64,000 bases of DNA, from contig CAVRAO010000002.1 in the NCBI GenBank assembly GCA_963719035.1, forward strand, positions 141,507 through 205,506. The letters are read 5' to 3'. Of this stretch, positions 29,238-40,199 are shown one piece after another. Under the pieces are notes generated by a model that saw nothing but the letters and a program-made list of their open reading frames with translations, was not told where the DNA came from and did not search any database. The stretch's first letter is position 1, and each line of letters starts with the position of its first letter. Position numbers and translations under genes: made by a program. Source of the DNA: Methanobacteriota archaeon (lineage in GTDB: Archaea; Halobacteriota; Bog-38; Methanoflorentales; Methanoflorentaceae).

Positions 29238-29354
29238 GCTAGTGAGGGCGCCTCATTTTTTTATCGATAGAAGTATATAAATAGCTTTTTGAACATATAA
29301 TGCGAGGTAGAATAGCCTGCGCGCTCAAATGGCTTAAAAAGGAGAGCGACAGTA

Positions 29355-30296
29355 ATGCGCCAAGACCTGTTGGTGGATCAAACCACAGAAGTGTTACATA
29401 CGGCTGGATTCGTCACATCGAAGAGATGTGATGTTCGATCCAGGTGTTTCGATATCACCGCCAGAAGGGGCTCAATTCTGCTTTTCCTAAAAATGCTTTC
29501 AAATATCGATGGGTTAAGCGAAGACACCGCTCTAGAACTCAAGAAGCTAGCCGAGTACTTCTTTGCATCACCGTTGTTAATTGGCGAAAAAGCTCGAAAT
29601 CACGAACTCCAGGCAGGCGCCGTCTATGCGCGGTATGGAATTCCTGCAGTTAACGTCGATACGCTTTCAGATTTTTTTGTCGATGAGCTGCCGCCACTCA
29701 TCTATGCTGCTCCCGGAGGGCTTTACGTTAAACTAGATGGACGGGCGCTCAACGCTGCTCGCACTGACATGAATCTCTCTTTGGGTGCAATAGCCTCGCA
29801 ACTAGGGGTTTCAAGAAGAAGCATTCGCAAATACGAAGAGGGAATGGATGCTAAGGTTGAAATAGCTGTTAGACTTGAGGCAGTTCTCGACGCGCCGTTT
29901 GCTGTGCCGATAAGTCTTCTTACTCGACATGTTTTTAATCCGGAATCAGCAAAACCTGAAACGTTGCCACCCATCGAACGAAAGGCCATATCACTGCTTG
30001 TTGACTTAGGCTTTACTGTGTTGCCCATGTTTCAAGCCCCATTTGATATGTTGTCACAAACTAAAGAGGACACCCTCCTCACCGGAATCAGCAAAAATGC
30101 GAGCTTAATGGCAAAAAGGGCTGAACTGATGAGCAGCATATCGCGGGTCGTTTCAGCTCATTCATTGTACATAACCGACGAAGAGCCCAAGTCTCTCCGA
30201 ATTTTTGACACCGTTATCGTGCGCATGCAAGAGCTAAAAGACTTGGATAGCTCGACCGAGCTGGTACACCTCGTGCGAGAAAGATCTGAAGAGTAG
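29355..30296 (+). CDS. predicted transcriptional regulator with central XRE-type HTH (COG1395-like)
   Basis: HTH segment [25 protein letters not shown]. ~310-aa archaeal-conserved architecture. Confidence 0.55.
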   Translation: MRQDLLVDQTTEVLHTAGFVTSKRCDVRSRCFDITARRGSILLFLKMLSNIDGLSEDTALELKKLAEYFFASPLLIGEKARNHELQAGAVYARYGIPAVNVDTLSDFFVDELPPLIYAAPGGLYVKLDGRALNAARTDMNLSLGAIASQLGVSRRSIRKYEEGMDAKVEIAVRLEAVLDAPFAVPISLLTRHVFNPESAKPETLPPIERKAISLLVDLGFTVLPMFQAPFDMLSQTKEDTLLTGISKNASLMAKRAELMSSISRVVSAHSLYITDEEPKSLRIFDTVIVRMQELKDLDSSTELVHLVRERSEE

Positions 30297-30408
30297 TCGC
30301 GCTTCAGGTTGGCCCTTATTTTCGACACAACGCTTTTATAGAACTTTATGCATAGTTAAGTCCGAACCTGTACACGTTGAAACTAATTACAGTATTTGGA
30401 GGGAAAAA

Positions 30409-32100
30409 ATGGCAGGACAACTGGGTGGACAAATTGGACAACTGGGTGGACAACCCATACTTATTCTGAAGGAAGGCAGTCAGAGGACTAGAGGAAAAGA
30501 AGCCCAAGGCATGAATATTACCGCAGCTAAGGCGGTTGCTTCTGCAGTAAGAACAACGCTAGGTCCCAAAGGAATGGACAAGATGTTGGTTGATACGCTG
30601 GGCGACGTTGTCATTACGAACGACGGGGTTACGATTCTGAAGGAGATGGACATCGAACACCCTGCAGCAAAGATGATAGTCGAGGTAGCTCGTACCCAAG
30701 ACGATGAGGTTGGAGATGGGACTACAACGGCCGTAATCCTTACTGGCGAACTGCTCCGAAAAGCCGAAAACCTTTTGGAACAAGATGTGCACCCAACCGT
30801 CATAGCATCTGGATTCAGACTTGCAGCAGTAAAAGCGCGCGAGATCCTTGACGATGTGGCAATCTCTGTCTCACCTGAAGATGAGGGGCTTTTGACAAAA
30901 GTCGCAATTACGGCGATGACCGGCAAGGGCGCTGAAGCATCTAAGGAAAAGCTCGCAAGCTTGTGCGTAAAAGCGGTCAAAGCTGTCGTCGAAATTGAAA
31001 ATGGGAAGAACACTTTTGACATCGACAACATCAAGATTGAAAAGAAAGTCGGCGGCAGCATCGACTCATCCGAACTCGTTGAAGGTATGATCATAGATAA
31101 GGAACGTGTCTCCACTGGAATGCCAAAACGCGTGACAAAAGCAAAGATTGCTTTGATAAATGGTGCGATCGAGCTGAAGGACACCGAGGTTGACGCTGAA
31201 ATATCCATTACGTCGCCTGACCAGCTGCAGGCATTCCTCAGTCAAGAGGAAGAGATGATTAAGGGCATGGTTGACAAGATCAAGAGCAAGGGTGCTAACG
31301 TCGTATTCTGTCAAAAGGGGATTGACGACTTAGCTCAACACTACCTTTCAAAAGCTGGGATCCTCGCAGCAAGGCGCGTTAAGAAGAGCGATATGGAGAA
31401 ACTCGCTAGAGCTACGGATGCAAAAGTCGCCTCGAGCGTAGACGAACTTGAAAAAGACGACCTCGGTCGCGCAGGACTTGTTGAAGAGCGCAAAGTCGGC
31501 GGCGATGAAATGATTTTTGTTGAGAAGTGCGAAAATCCGAAAGCAGTGTCGATCATGCTTCACGGTGGTACCGAACACGTCGTTGATGACATAGAGAGAG
31601 CAGTCACAGATGCGTTGCGAGTAGTCGGTGTCACGATCGAGGACGAAAAGCTTGTAGCCGGCGGCGGTGCAACGGAAGTCGAACTTGCGCTAAAACTTCG
31701 AGACTATGCGTCTACAGTTGGTGGCCGCGAGCAACTCGCCATTAACGCGTTTGCAGATGCGTTAGAAGTCATTCCAAAGACACTTGCAGAAAACGCCGGT
31801 CTTGATACAATAGACACGCTCGTTGAGCTAAGATCAAAACACGAGCAAGGCAAAAAGACTGCCGGATTGAACGTTTTCACCGGCGAAGCGATAGATATGG
31901 TCAAGGCAGGAGTTGTTGAGCCACTTCGGATAAAGACACAAGCAGTCGGTTCAGCGTCAGAATCCGCGATAATGATTCTGCGAATTGATGACGTTATAGC
32001 AGCGAGCAAGCTTTCAGCACCACCAATGCCTGAAGGTGGCATGGGTGGCATGGGCGGAATGGGCGGAATGGGTGGTATGGGCGGCATGCCGCCAATGTAA
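30409..32100 (+). CDS. ths: thermosome subunit (group II chaperonin)
   Basis: ATP-binding motif GDGTTT, full group-II layout, C-terminal GGM repeat tail ([21 protein letters not shown]). Confidence 0.9.
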   Translation: MAGQLGGQIGQLGGQPILILKEGSQRTRGKEAQGMNITAAKAVASAVRTTLGPKGMDKMLVDTLGDVVITNDGVTILKEMDIEHPAAKMIVEVARTQDDEVGDGTTTAVILTGELLRKAENLLEQDVHPTVIASGFRLAAVKAREILDDVAISVSPEDEGLLTKVAITAMTGKGAEASKEKLASLCVKAVKAVVEIENGKNTFDIDNIKIEKKVGGSIDSSELVEGMIIDKERVSTGMPKRVTKAKIALINGAIELKDTEVDAEISITSPDQLQAFLSQEEEMIKGMVDKIKSKGANVVFCQKGIDDLAQHYLSKAGILAARRVKKSDMEKLARATDAKVASSVDELEKDDLGRAGLVEERKVGGDEMIFVEKCENPKAVSIMLHGGTEHVVDDIERAVTDALRVVGVTIEDEKLVAGGGATEVELALKLRDYASTVGGREQLAINAFADALEVIPKTLAENAGLDTIDTLVELRSKHEQGKKTAGLNVFTGEAIDMVKAGVVEPLRIKTQAVGSASESAIMILRIDDVIAASKLSAPPMPEGGMGGMGGMGGMGGMGGMPPM

Positions 32101-32135
32101 AAGCGGTACTCCCGCTTTTCTTTTTTTTACAACAG
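32100..32135 (+). terminator. hairpin AGCGG-tactcc-CGCT followed by a long T-tract, downstream of ths
   Basis: Read from sequence: aagcggtactcccgcttttcttttttttac. Confidence 0.4.
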
Positions 32136-32211
32136 CCCGGAGTTAACCAAGCTTGACGTGCTACGTAGCTTTAAATAGTTGAGAAGATAGAGAAAAATAT
32201 AGGAGTTTGAA

Positions 32212-32535
32212 ATGATCGCAGTTACAGAAATTGCAGCAAAAGAGTTAAAAGACCTACTAGTAAAAGAAGGCAAGTCCGAGTATGGTTTGAGGATATCATA
32301 CGGCGGAATGGGCTGCGGAGGACCGCAGTATACAATGTCTCTTGACGAAAACCCCACGACAGGAGAAGATGTACAAGAGTCAAACGGGGTTAAAATGTAC
32401 GTTGAAAAGAATGTAGAAGACGCACTAGATGGCGCAGAAATCGATTTTGTGGACGACCCAGTATTCGGTAAGGGATTTACTATTAAACATCCGAGCCTTA
32501 CAGGATGCGGCTCGTGCGGCGGCGGTTGTGGCTAG
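32212..32535 (+). CDS. HesB/IscA-family iron-sulfur cluster assembly/insertion protein
   Basis: IscA-like fold motifs (RISYGGMGCGGPQY; FTIKHP) and a Cys/Gly-rich C-terminal tail GCGSCGGGCG. Confidence 0.65.
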   Translation: MIAVTEIAAKELKDLLVKEGKSEYGLRISYGGMGCGGPQYTMSLDENPTTGEDVQESNGVKMYVEKNVEDALDGAEIDFVDDPVFGKGFTIKHPSLTGCGSCGGGCG

Positions 32536-32709
32536 TTAAACTCCCCCATCCCTCTTTTTCCTTTTTACTTTTTTTCTTATCATTCAACCCGCGCAGGCGG
32601 CAAGCTATTTTTACAGTTCTTTTTGAGCCTTGATCTATTCAGCGTAAAACATCGCTACCACTCAGCGATAGAAAAACTAAAGTTGGCGAACGACTAACTG
32701 AATAGCTAT

Positions 32710-33705
32710 ATGATAGGCATGATCCTCTGCGGCGGGTATGGTAAACGACTTAAACCTTATACCGAAGATATTCCGAAGCCACTCATAGACATCACGGACG
32801 ATTACACAATTCTAGACCGACAGCTCTATGACATGGCTAACAGTGATATCGAGAGCGTCATACTGCTCACCGGTTACTTAAGTGAGAAGATCGAGGAGCG
32901 CTATGGCGATCGATATCGTGGCATGAGGATTCAGTACTCCGTAGAAGACAAACCGTTAGGTACGCTTAATGCAATAAAACTCGGAATAAATTTGATAGAC
33001 GACAAGGAGACCGTGTTGATCCGTAACGGAGACGTTGTTTCCGACATCAATCTTAAGAAGATGATAAAAAAGTACGAGGCCAGCGATTTCAAAGCTATGA
33101 TGTTTGTAACGAAAATGCGCAGCCCCTACGGGATTGTTGAGCTGGGCGAAGATCATATACGTTCTTTTAAGGAAAAGCCGCTTCTGGAGTATTACATTAA
33201 TGGAGGAATTTACCTCCTCGACTCAGATGTCCCGTTCAGCGATTTTGAAACGGGGGAAATCGAGAAAACCGTGTTTCCTGTCCTAGCTGATACTAACCAA
33301 CTCGGATACTACAAGGAAAATACGTTTTGGATGTCAATCGATACAACGAAAGATCTTGAAGAGATTAAAAAAGAATACGCGAACAGGACTGACAAACCGT
33401 GGGGGTATGAAAAGGTACTCATCAGCACAGAGAATTATCTCACTACAGAGATATATATAAAGGAAGGTTACACGACTTCGTATCATTATCACAAAGAAAA
33501 GGACGAATCACTTTTCATGCTTGAAGGCTCGTGCTACGTGCAATTTGAACATAAAAAAGAAGCCTTCGGAAGAAATGATACTATTCATATCCCAAGTGGA
33601 ACTATACACAAAATTGTGGCGACGGAAAATTCTCTGATGCACAGTATTTCTACACCATTTGTTGACGACATCGTACGAGTAGAAGACTATTATCCTGGAC
33701 GGTAG
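32710..33705 (+). CDS. sugar-phosphate nucleotidyltransferase with C-terminal cupin domain
   Basis: N-terminal GxGxRL ([12 protein letters not shown]) and C-terminal cupin motifs ([20 protein letters not shown]...[11 protein letters not shown]). Confidence 0.65.
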   Translation: MIGMILCGGYGKRLKPYTEDIPKPLIDITDDYTILDRQLYDMANSDIESVILLTGYLSEKIEERYGDRYRGMRIQYSVEDKPLGTLNAIKLGINLIDDKETVLIRNGDVVSDINLKKMIKKYEASDFKAMMFVTKMRSPYGIVELGEDHIRSFKEKPLLEYYINGGIYLLDSDVPFSDFETGEIEKTVFPVLADTNQLGYYKENTFWMSIDTTKDLEEIKKEYANRTDKPWGYEKVLISTENYLTTEIYIKEGYTTSYHYHKEKDESLFMLEGSCYVQFEHKKEAFGRNDTIHIPSGTIHKIVATENSLMHSISTPFVDDIVRVEDYYPGR

Positions 33706-33838
33706 TCAACAAAGCGTTACCTATGCGTGCTTGTCTGATTTAAACAGAAGGGATGTTTGGACCCCTCCCTAGAATTGAATTGCCTAAAAATAAGCAGCAT
33801 GCACTTATTAGTTCTATAAAATTTCTCTACAACTTTTT

Positions 33839-34587
33839 ATGAAGGTTGGATTTAGTGCACTTGCGTTGTTTGACGTTTCTTTTGACAAGATCGTGCAAAG
33901 GGCTTCCATAGACGGGTTTGATGTTGTCGAAGTGCTTTGCGAGGGGCCGTACCTTCCACGTTTCGCTTTAAAAGATATCGCCCAGTTTGAGATTTTGTCC
34001 CAATATGACATTGAGCTGACCATTCTTCTCCTACTGTTGATCTCAATCCTGCTAGCGTAAACGTTGGAATCCGTGAAGAGACTATGAAACAACTCAATGA
34101 GACAGTAGATCTTGCAGCTTCAATAGACGCTTCAACTGTAACTACACACCCGGGTTATGTCAAGAGAATAAATGAAAGACTCACGAAGCAATCACTTGAA
34201 TTAGCGCTGAAAAGCCTGGAAAACTGGGCACAATACGCCGAAGATGTTGGTGTAGAACCCTCTATTGAGAACATGCCATGTAACTCGAAATACTTCTGCA
34301 CTGATGTGGCCCAACACAAGTTGTTCGTCGAAACTTGCGGGACCTCAGCAACGATCGACGTCGGGCACGCACATACAAACGATGCCATAAGGGAGTTTTT
34401 GCAAGCGGATTTTCACGTAGCGTACTTCCATGTGAGCGATAATGATGGCCGGCGAGACCAACATCTTCCTATCGGTAAGGGAACGATCGATTGGGATCAG
34501 CTTCGTGGGATAACTAAAGCGATACTTGAATTAAACGATTATGAAGCGGTGAAGGAAAGTCGTGATGCGCTGACCGGTGTAAGCTAA
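33839..34587 (+). pseudogene. xylose-isomerase-like TIM-barrel (sugar phosphate isomerase/epimerase) gene with apparent 1-nt deletion near 34018-34024
   Basis: ORF 33839-34060 (MKVGFSALALF...YDIELT) and ORF 34084-34587 belong to one domain. The +1 frame reads ...HSSPTVDLNPASVNVGIREETMKQLNE... continuously into the second ORF. Confidence 0.55.
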
Positions 34588-34662
34588 AGCGTTGAATTCA
34601 GCAACGCTCATCAGAAAAAACACGGAAAATACGTCTTTTCGATTTAAGGAGTATACAATTAC

Positions 34663-35202
34663 TTAACGCAGCATAGAATCACGACAATTAAGATGATGTC
34701 GTGTTATTTCAAGCACGTTGCGCCAGTGTTGCCCCTTCCAAAATACCTTTTTGCAACTGTTGCATTTATAATAATCACCGTGCTTTTTAATGAATTTCTC
34801 AATGTCGACACCCTTTGCACGAAGCTTCGCAATCTCCTGCGATTGTAGGACCTCTGAAATCGAGGCTGAATTAAGCATGCCATTGCAGATACTGCATCGA
34901 ACAGCTTCTGGTTGTTCAGGGAATACCAAACTAAATTCATCTCGCACCTGGTTCAATTGATGGAGCACATTGCCATCGTCAACAAGGAGTGTCGGTATGC
35001 TATACTTCTCCATTGCTCGCATATGGAGCTGTGCATCCCTGGTCAGCAATGTTCGCCGTTCAAGCCCGGAAATCTCGAGCATATAGGTGTCCTCTGCTGC
35101 ATTCGACAAACCGAAAAATGAATTCGCACTCAGAGTATCGTACCCTAAAATTCTGAGCCAGGAAGAAAGCCTACCTAGCATTCGATCAGCTAAAAACTTC
35201 AT
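34663..35202 (-). CDS. Mut7-C RNase-domain protein (COG1656) with C-terminal Zn-ribbon
   Basis: N-terminal MKFLADRMLGRLSSWLRILGYD is the Mut7-C family signature. C-terminal CSICNG...CNSCKK. Confidence 0.65.
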   Translation of the reverse strand: MKFLADRMLGRLSSWLRILGYDTLSANSFFGLSNAAEDTYMLEISGLERRTLLTRDAQLHMRAMEKYSIPTLLVDDGNVLHQLNQVRDEFSLVFPEQPEAVRCSICNGMLNSASISEVLQSQEIAKLRAKGVDIEKFIKKHGDYYKCNSCKKVFWKGQHWRNVLEITRHHLNCRDSMLR

Positions 35203-35221
35203 AGATGTCCATTATCTTGAA

Positions 35222-36004
35222 CTATTTACCATCAATTGAGTTTTTAGACAGATATGCCTCCCACAGCGCTCGTTTTCGCTTGAAAGTTGAATAGCTCACA
35301 CCAAGTTCTTCCGCAAAATCCTTTGAGGTCTTTCTGGTAGCCTTGGGCGTCGAAAGCCACTTCAAGAACTTGTCGCGATCGAAGTTGATCTTTACATCAT
35401 GCTCTGTTAAAAGTCGAAGCAAAACCCGCGCACCTTGAATCTTCCTTTTGTCTATGCCAACACGTTTTCCGATTTCAGCATCACTTGGGTAGCCTTCATA
35501 AAAAAAATCGGGGTTGCCGGATGTCATTATACTTTGATACTCACGTCCGATCTGAAGCAGCTGCTTTGGCGTAACCTTGATATGACTGCTCTCAAGGAGG
35601 GGGGCCATCTTATCTAACTGATTATCAACCTCGGGTTGGTAATCAGACTCGTATCGCCGTGACCTTCGAGAGATCGAATCCAGTTTATTTTCAGGGATAG
35701 TTATTGGAGGAAATCTATTTAAAAAACGGTTTTTTGAGGGTTCTACCACCAATCCTTCTTTTGCTAGTTGTTGAAGTATGCCTATAACACTCTCGGGGTA
35801 GATACCGAGAGATTCGCTATAGCTCACAATATCATCAATGGGAACTCCTTTCAATCTGCTAGAAGGACTTAGCGAGTTAATAACATGCATAATAGTCTTT
35901 CGAGCTTGAAGTAACTCTGAACCTTGTATCAGATTTGCTGTATTGCTCAACTGAAAAAACCCCGTATCGGCTCTTAAAACATTCTGAGCCCCTCTTACCA
36001 ACAA
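35222..36004 (-). CDS. putative HTH regulator with TFIIB-cyclin-repeat / sigma-region-4-like C-terminal helix-turn-helix units
   Basis: Repeat-terminal HTH motifs SDAEIGKRVGIDKRKIQGARVLL and KDFAEELGVSYSTFKRKRALW resemble the ends of TFB cyclin repeats. No N-terminal Zn-ribbon. The assignment is tentative. Confidence 0.35.
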   Translation of the reverse strand: MLVRGAQNVLRADTGFFQLSNTANLIQGSELLQARKTIMHVINSLSPSSRLKGVPIDDIVSYSESLGIYPESVIGILQQLAKEGLVVEPSKNRFLNRFPPITIPENKLDSISRRSRRYESDYQPEVDNQLDKMAPLLESSHIKVTPKQLLQIGREYQSIMTSGNPDFFYEGYPSDAEIGKRVGIDKRKIQGARVLLRLLTEHDVKINFDRDKFLKWLSTPKATRKTSKDFAEELGVSYSTFKRKRALWEAYLSKNSIDGK

Positions 36005-36417
36005 ATAGTAAGGCGTCGCAGCATTTATATTTTTTTAGACGCTAGTAATCTCAAGCGACTAGAGTGTTTAAAACAGATATCAGAGCTGTAAAGCTCTGAG
36101 CGCACTGCTACTTCGATAATCACTGGATCTACCCCTAGCCACACAAACGAGACCGTGACGCCACGCAGCGACTGGAGTCATGAGAGCAGCGCAAAACCGC
36201 AAAATTTACAGAGAGAGGCGTGTGAGTAATTACAGGTCTAAAGTGTAATAAATAGATACAACAGAAGACGAAACAAGCCTACAAACGGGAAATAGCACTT
36301 TTTAAGTGCTCCAGCTATGTGGTACGCATCACTAGCATACAATTTATATAAACAGTGTAACCTTTACGCTGATTAGCAATCATTATAATTCTTGCTTATT
36401 GCGCCAAACAGGGATAT

Positions 36418-36882
36418 TTGATGGAAGACGAACTGATGAGAATAGGGGTTTCAATACCTTCACGACTCCTTTCTGCATTTGATCAAGTCATTAACAAGAG
36501 GGGCTACTCTTCACGATCAGAGGCAATTAGAGATGCAATTAGGGGTTATCTGCTAGATTATGAGTCGTTGGGTCAAACAGAAGGAGAACAGATTGGCGTA
36601 ATTACACTAGTTTATAATCATGAGCAGCGAGGCCTTATTTCGCTTTTAACTGACATCCAACACGAAAATGCTAGCATCATTACATCGACCATTCATATCC
36701 ATTTAGATGCAATTAATTGTCTCGAGATCGATGTAGTTCGCGGGAGCGCGGCAGAAATTAGCGGGTTTGCTGAACGAATGAAGGTTCAAAGCGGAGTTTT
36801 TCAAGTGCGGACGTTTGTTATTCCCGCGCTCAGCCTTGAAAGTTCAGACCAATGTAAGAACAACAGTGTTAATGTTGGTTAA
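36418..36882 (+). CDS. nikR: nickel-responsive regulator NikR
   Basis: N-terminal ribbon-helix-helix (RIGVSIPSRLLSAFDQVINKRGYSSRSEAIRDAIR) plus C-terminal metal-binding domain with H..H.H...C (HIHLDAINC). Confidence 0.8.
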   Translation: MMEDELMRIGVSIPSRLLSAFDQVINKRGYSSRSEAIRDAIRGYLLDYESLGQTEGEQIGVITLVYNHEQRGLISLLTDIQHENASIITSTIHIHLDAINCLEIDVVRGSAAEISGFAERMKVQSGVFQVRTFVIPALSLESSDQCKNNSVNVG

Positions 36883-37106
36883 CCAAAGACGCCCCCGATT
36901 CACGAGTTAGCCAACATAGAACGTTAAAAAGCGGATCGAAAGCCATTTAGACTTCTTAGGATGGACGAAAATACTCGACTTATTGGTGGACCAAGGATAA
37001 ATTACCGTCTGAGAGATATTCACCTCGCCCGTCAAAACTGACCTTTAGAAATGGGAGCAAACCGCAGATTAAGGCCGCGTCAAAACTAAACCCAAGTGAA
37101 GCAACA

Positions 37107-40100
37107 ATGTCATATTCTCAGCAAGATTCCAACTTCGTCGCCATGGAAAAAAACATCCTTAAAGACTGGGATGATAACAACATCATAGCAAAGAGTTTAA
37201 GCGCAAACAAGGGAGCAGAACTGTTTAGATTTATTGAAGGGCCGCCAACCGCGAACGGATCTCCTGGCGTTCACCACGTTTACGCTCGAGTCGTAAAAGA
37301 TCTCTTTCTTCGTTATAAAACGATGCGAGGCTATTATGTCCCCCGTATTAGCGGTTGGGATTGCCACGGACTTCCAGTTGAGATTTCTGTCGAGAAGGAA
37401 CTTGAGTTTCAGAATAAAGCAAGCATAGAGACCTATGGGGTTGAACAGTTCAACAACGTCTGCCGAAGCTCTGTATTTAGCCACATCGATGAGTGGGCAG
37501 AAATGACCAAGCGAGTGGGTTTCTTGATTGATCTGACCACGCCGTATACTACGATGGACCCACACTATATCGAATCAGTTTGGTGGTCCCTTAAACGCCT
37601 GTGGGAGCGAGATCTTATCTATGAGGGTCATAATGTCGTTCCGTTTTGTCCCCGTTGCGGGACTGCATTAAGCAGTCACGAAGTAGCCCAAGGTTACGCT
37701 ATCGTAAACGAGGAGGCCGCTTTTGTGAAGTTTCCTCTTTCCGACCAAAGCAAAACCTTTTTTTTAGCCTGGACAACAACCCCTTGGACCCTCCTTTCGA
37801 ATGTAGCACTTGCAGTTAATCCCGACATTCCTTATGTCAAGGTAAAAGTCAGGGACCAGTTTCTCGTTTTTGCTAAAGATTTACTGGACACAGTATTACG
37901 TGACGAGCAACATTTTGAGGTGGCAACGGAGTGTCTTGGAAGAGAACTCAACGGAAAACGATATCAGTCCTTGTTTACTGATGGCGAGTTTAGCGTTGTG
38001 ATTGCAGATTTCGTCAGTACCAGTGAGGGCACTGGCATCGTACATATCGCTCCGGCGTTCGGTGAGGATGACTTCAACGTAGCAAAGGTTGAAGGCCTCC
38101 CCCTCGTCCAACTCGTTAAACCCGATGGACGGTTTGAGGATCATGTCGATTTGGTAGGTGGACTCTTCTTCATTGAAGCTAACGCCGTTATTAGGGAAGA
38201 TCTTGCAGCCCGAGGCTTGCTATTTAAAAGCGAGATGTACGAACACAGCTATCCGTTCTGTTGGCGTTGCGAGACTCCACTTATGTACTACGCTCGGAAG
38301 GCGTGGTTTATCCGGATGAGTTCCTTGCGTGATGTGCTGATCCGAAATAACGAACTGGTTCAATGGCATCCAAAAGCGCTGAAACACGGACGCTTCGGCA
38401 ACTTTATCGAAAATGTACGTGACTGGGCGCTGAGTCGAGAGCGCTATTGGGGAACGCCGTTACCCATTTGGAAATGTCCCAACGGCCACCTTTTGTTTGT
38501 CGGAAGCATTAATGAGCTAAATCAGCGAATGGATTCTGAAGCCTTTCTTAGTGATGTCCATAAACCATATATTGACCGCGTTGTTTTTCGTTGCGACGAA
38601 TGCGGAAAGGAAATGCACCGTATCCCTGACGTGATTGACTGCTGGTATGACTCGGGTTGCGCACCCTTCGCATCGCTTCACTATCCTTTTGAGCACAGCG
38701 ACGAGTGCAAGGTACCGGTGGACTTTATAGCAGAAGGCGTCGATCAGACGCGCGGTTGGTTCTACAGCTTGCACGCAATAGCGAGTGCAGTATTCGGGTC
38801 AAATGCTTATAACAACGTAATAAGCCTCGGTCACATCGTAGACGAACATGGTCGCAAAATGTCAAAAAGCAAAGGTAACACTGTTGATCCGTGGCAAATT
38901 CTGAATAGCGAGGGAGCCGACAGCCTGCGTTGGTATCTTTTCAGCGCCGGGAATCCGGGGACTGCAAAGAAATTCTATAAAGAAGCAATCGTCGAGTCTC
39001 AGCGTAAGACGATCTCTACGCTTTGGAATGTACTCTCCTTTTTCACGACGTATGCTGAGATAGACAAGTTCGATGCGGGGTGGAACCTCGCTGATGAACA
39101 GAGAAACCTTATCGACCGGTGGCTGCTTTCACGTTTAAACGGCTTGATTTCGAACGTAGTCGTGCACATGGATAGGTACGACTACTACGGGGCTACTATC
39201 GAGATCGACTTATTTATCGAAGAGCTGAGCAACTGGTTTGTCAGGACGTCTAGGAGACGTTTCTGGAAGAATGAACGGGATGCGGACAAAGTCTCTGCTT
39301 ATATCTCGCTTTTCGAGACTTTGTGGACTTTAAGCAAATTAATTGCTCCCTTTACGCCATTTATTTCAGAGCATATGTTCAAAACCCTTTCGCGCTTTGC
39401 TCAAGGAGCCAAAGATAGCGTTCACTTAGAGTCATACCCCAACGTTACAGTCAATCGAGTGATTCCTGAAGCAGAACAAGAGATGGCTTATACCATGCAA
39501 ATCGTCGAAGCAGGAAGAGCTGCTCGATCGTCCGCAAACATCAAAACACGACAGCCGCTCAAAGAAATGATCTGCATTGGACCTGAACTCAAGCGCAATG
39601 AGCTTAAAGCAATCGTGAAGAATGAGCTCAATCTAAAGGCTATCAATTTTAAAAAAGACGAAAAGGATCTCATTGAGTACGATGTTGGACTGAATTTCGC
39701 AAAAGTCGGACCGAAATATAAAGATTTGGCCCCCAAAATCAAACAAGCTCTCAGCAACTTAGCGCCGGATGAGGTCTTAGAAAAACTGGATGATAGCATC
39801 GAATTAGAGGTTGCCAAAAAAACAATTATTTTGTCAAAGGAAGATGTAACAATCTCGAAAAAAACAAAACCAGGCCTAATAAAAAGTGAGAACCGAGGCC
39901 TTAGCGTCTTTTTAAACACAGAATTGACAGTCGAACTTCGCCGAGAATTGCTCGTTCGAGAGATAATCAGGAGAATACAGGTCATGCGCAAAGAGCTGGA
40001 TTTAGCGTATACCGCTCGAATTAAGGTCGGTTACCGTTGCTCGAGTGAAGTCTCACAGGCCATTCAAACTTTTAAATCGTATGTCAAAGATGAGACGCTT

Positions 40101-40196
40101 TCAACGTCTATTGAAGAAGGGGAAGTTGCAAACGCTCAGCTTAGCAAAGAGTGGGTGATCGACGGCCATAAAGTCGCAATTTCACTTGCAAGATAG
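37107..40196 (+). CDS. ileS: isoleucine--tRNA ligase
   Basis: 1029 aa with archaeal HIGH-region (PTANGSPGVHH), KMSKS (KMSKSKGN) and CP1 editing domain. Confidence 0.9.
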   Translation: MSYSQQDSNFVAMEKNILKDWDDNNIIAKSLSANKGAELFRFIEGPPTANGSPGVHHVYARVVKDLFLRYKTMRGYYVPRISGWDCHGLPVEISVEKELEFQNKASIETYGVEQFNNVCRSSVFSHIDEWAEMTKRVGFLIDLTTPYTTMDPHYIESVWWSLKRLWERDLIYEGHNVVPFCPRCGTALSSHEVAQGYAIVNEEAAFVKFPLSDQSKTFFLAWTTTPWTLLSNVALAVNPDIPYVKVKVRDQFLVFAKDLLDTVLRDEQHFEVATECLGRELNGKRYQSLFTDGEFSVVIADFVSTSEGTGIVHIAPAFGEDDFNVAKVEGLPLVQLVKPDGRFEDHVDLVGGLFFIEANAVIREDLAARGLLFKSEMYEHSYPFCWRCETPLMYYARKAWFIRMSSLRDVLIRNNELVQWHPKALKHGRFGNFIENVRDWALSRERYWGTPLPIWKCPNGHLLFVGSINELNQRMDSEAFLSDVHKPYIDRVVFRCDECGKEMHRIPDVIDCWYDSGCAPFASLHYPFEHSDECKVPVDFIAEGVDQTRGWFYSLHAIASAVFGSNAYNNVISLGHIVDEHGRKMSKSKGNTVDPWQILNSEGADSLRWYLFSAGNPGTAKKFYKEAIVESQRKTISTLWNVLSFFTTYAEIDKFDAGWNLADEQRNLIDRWLLSRLNGLISNVVVHMDRYDYYGATIEIDLFIEELSNWFVRTSRRRFWKNERDADKVSAYISLFETLWTLSKLIAPFTPFISEHMFKTLSRFAQGAKDSVHLESYPNVTVNRVIPEAEQEMAYTMQIVEAGRAARSSANIKTRQPLKEMICIGPELKRNELKAIVKNELNLKAINFKKDEKDLIEYDVGLNFAKVGPKYKDLAPKIKQALSNLAPDEVLEKLDDSIELEVAKKTIILSKEDVTISKKTKPGLIKSENRGLSVFLNTELTVELRRELLVREIIRRIQVMRKELDLAYTARIKVGYRCSSEVSQAIQTFKSYVKDETLSTSIEEGEVANAQLSKEWVIDGHKVAISLAR

Positions 40197-40199
40197 CAT

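Noticed and set aside
30480-31208. 242-aa minus-strand ORF inside ths, and the [12 protein letters not shown] at 31704-32087
   Set aside because: Antisense to the thermosome gene. The second is the reverse complement of the GGM-repeat tail.
39488-39991. 167-aa minus-strand ORF within ileS
   Set aside because: Shadow ORF of a 1029-aa conserved gene.
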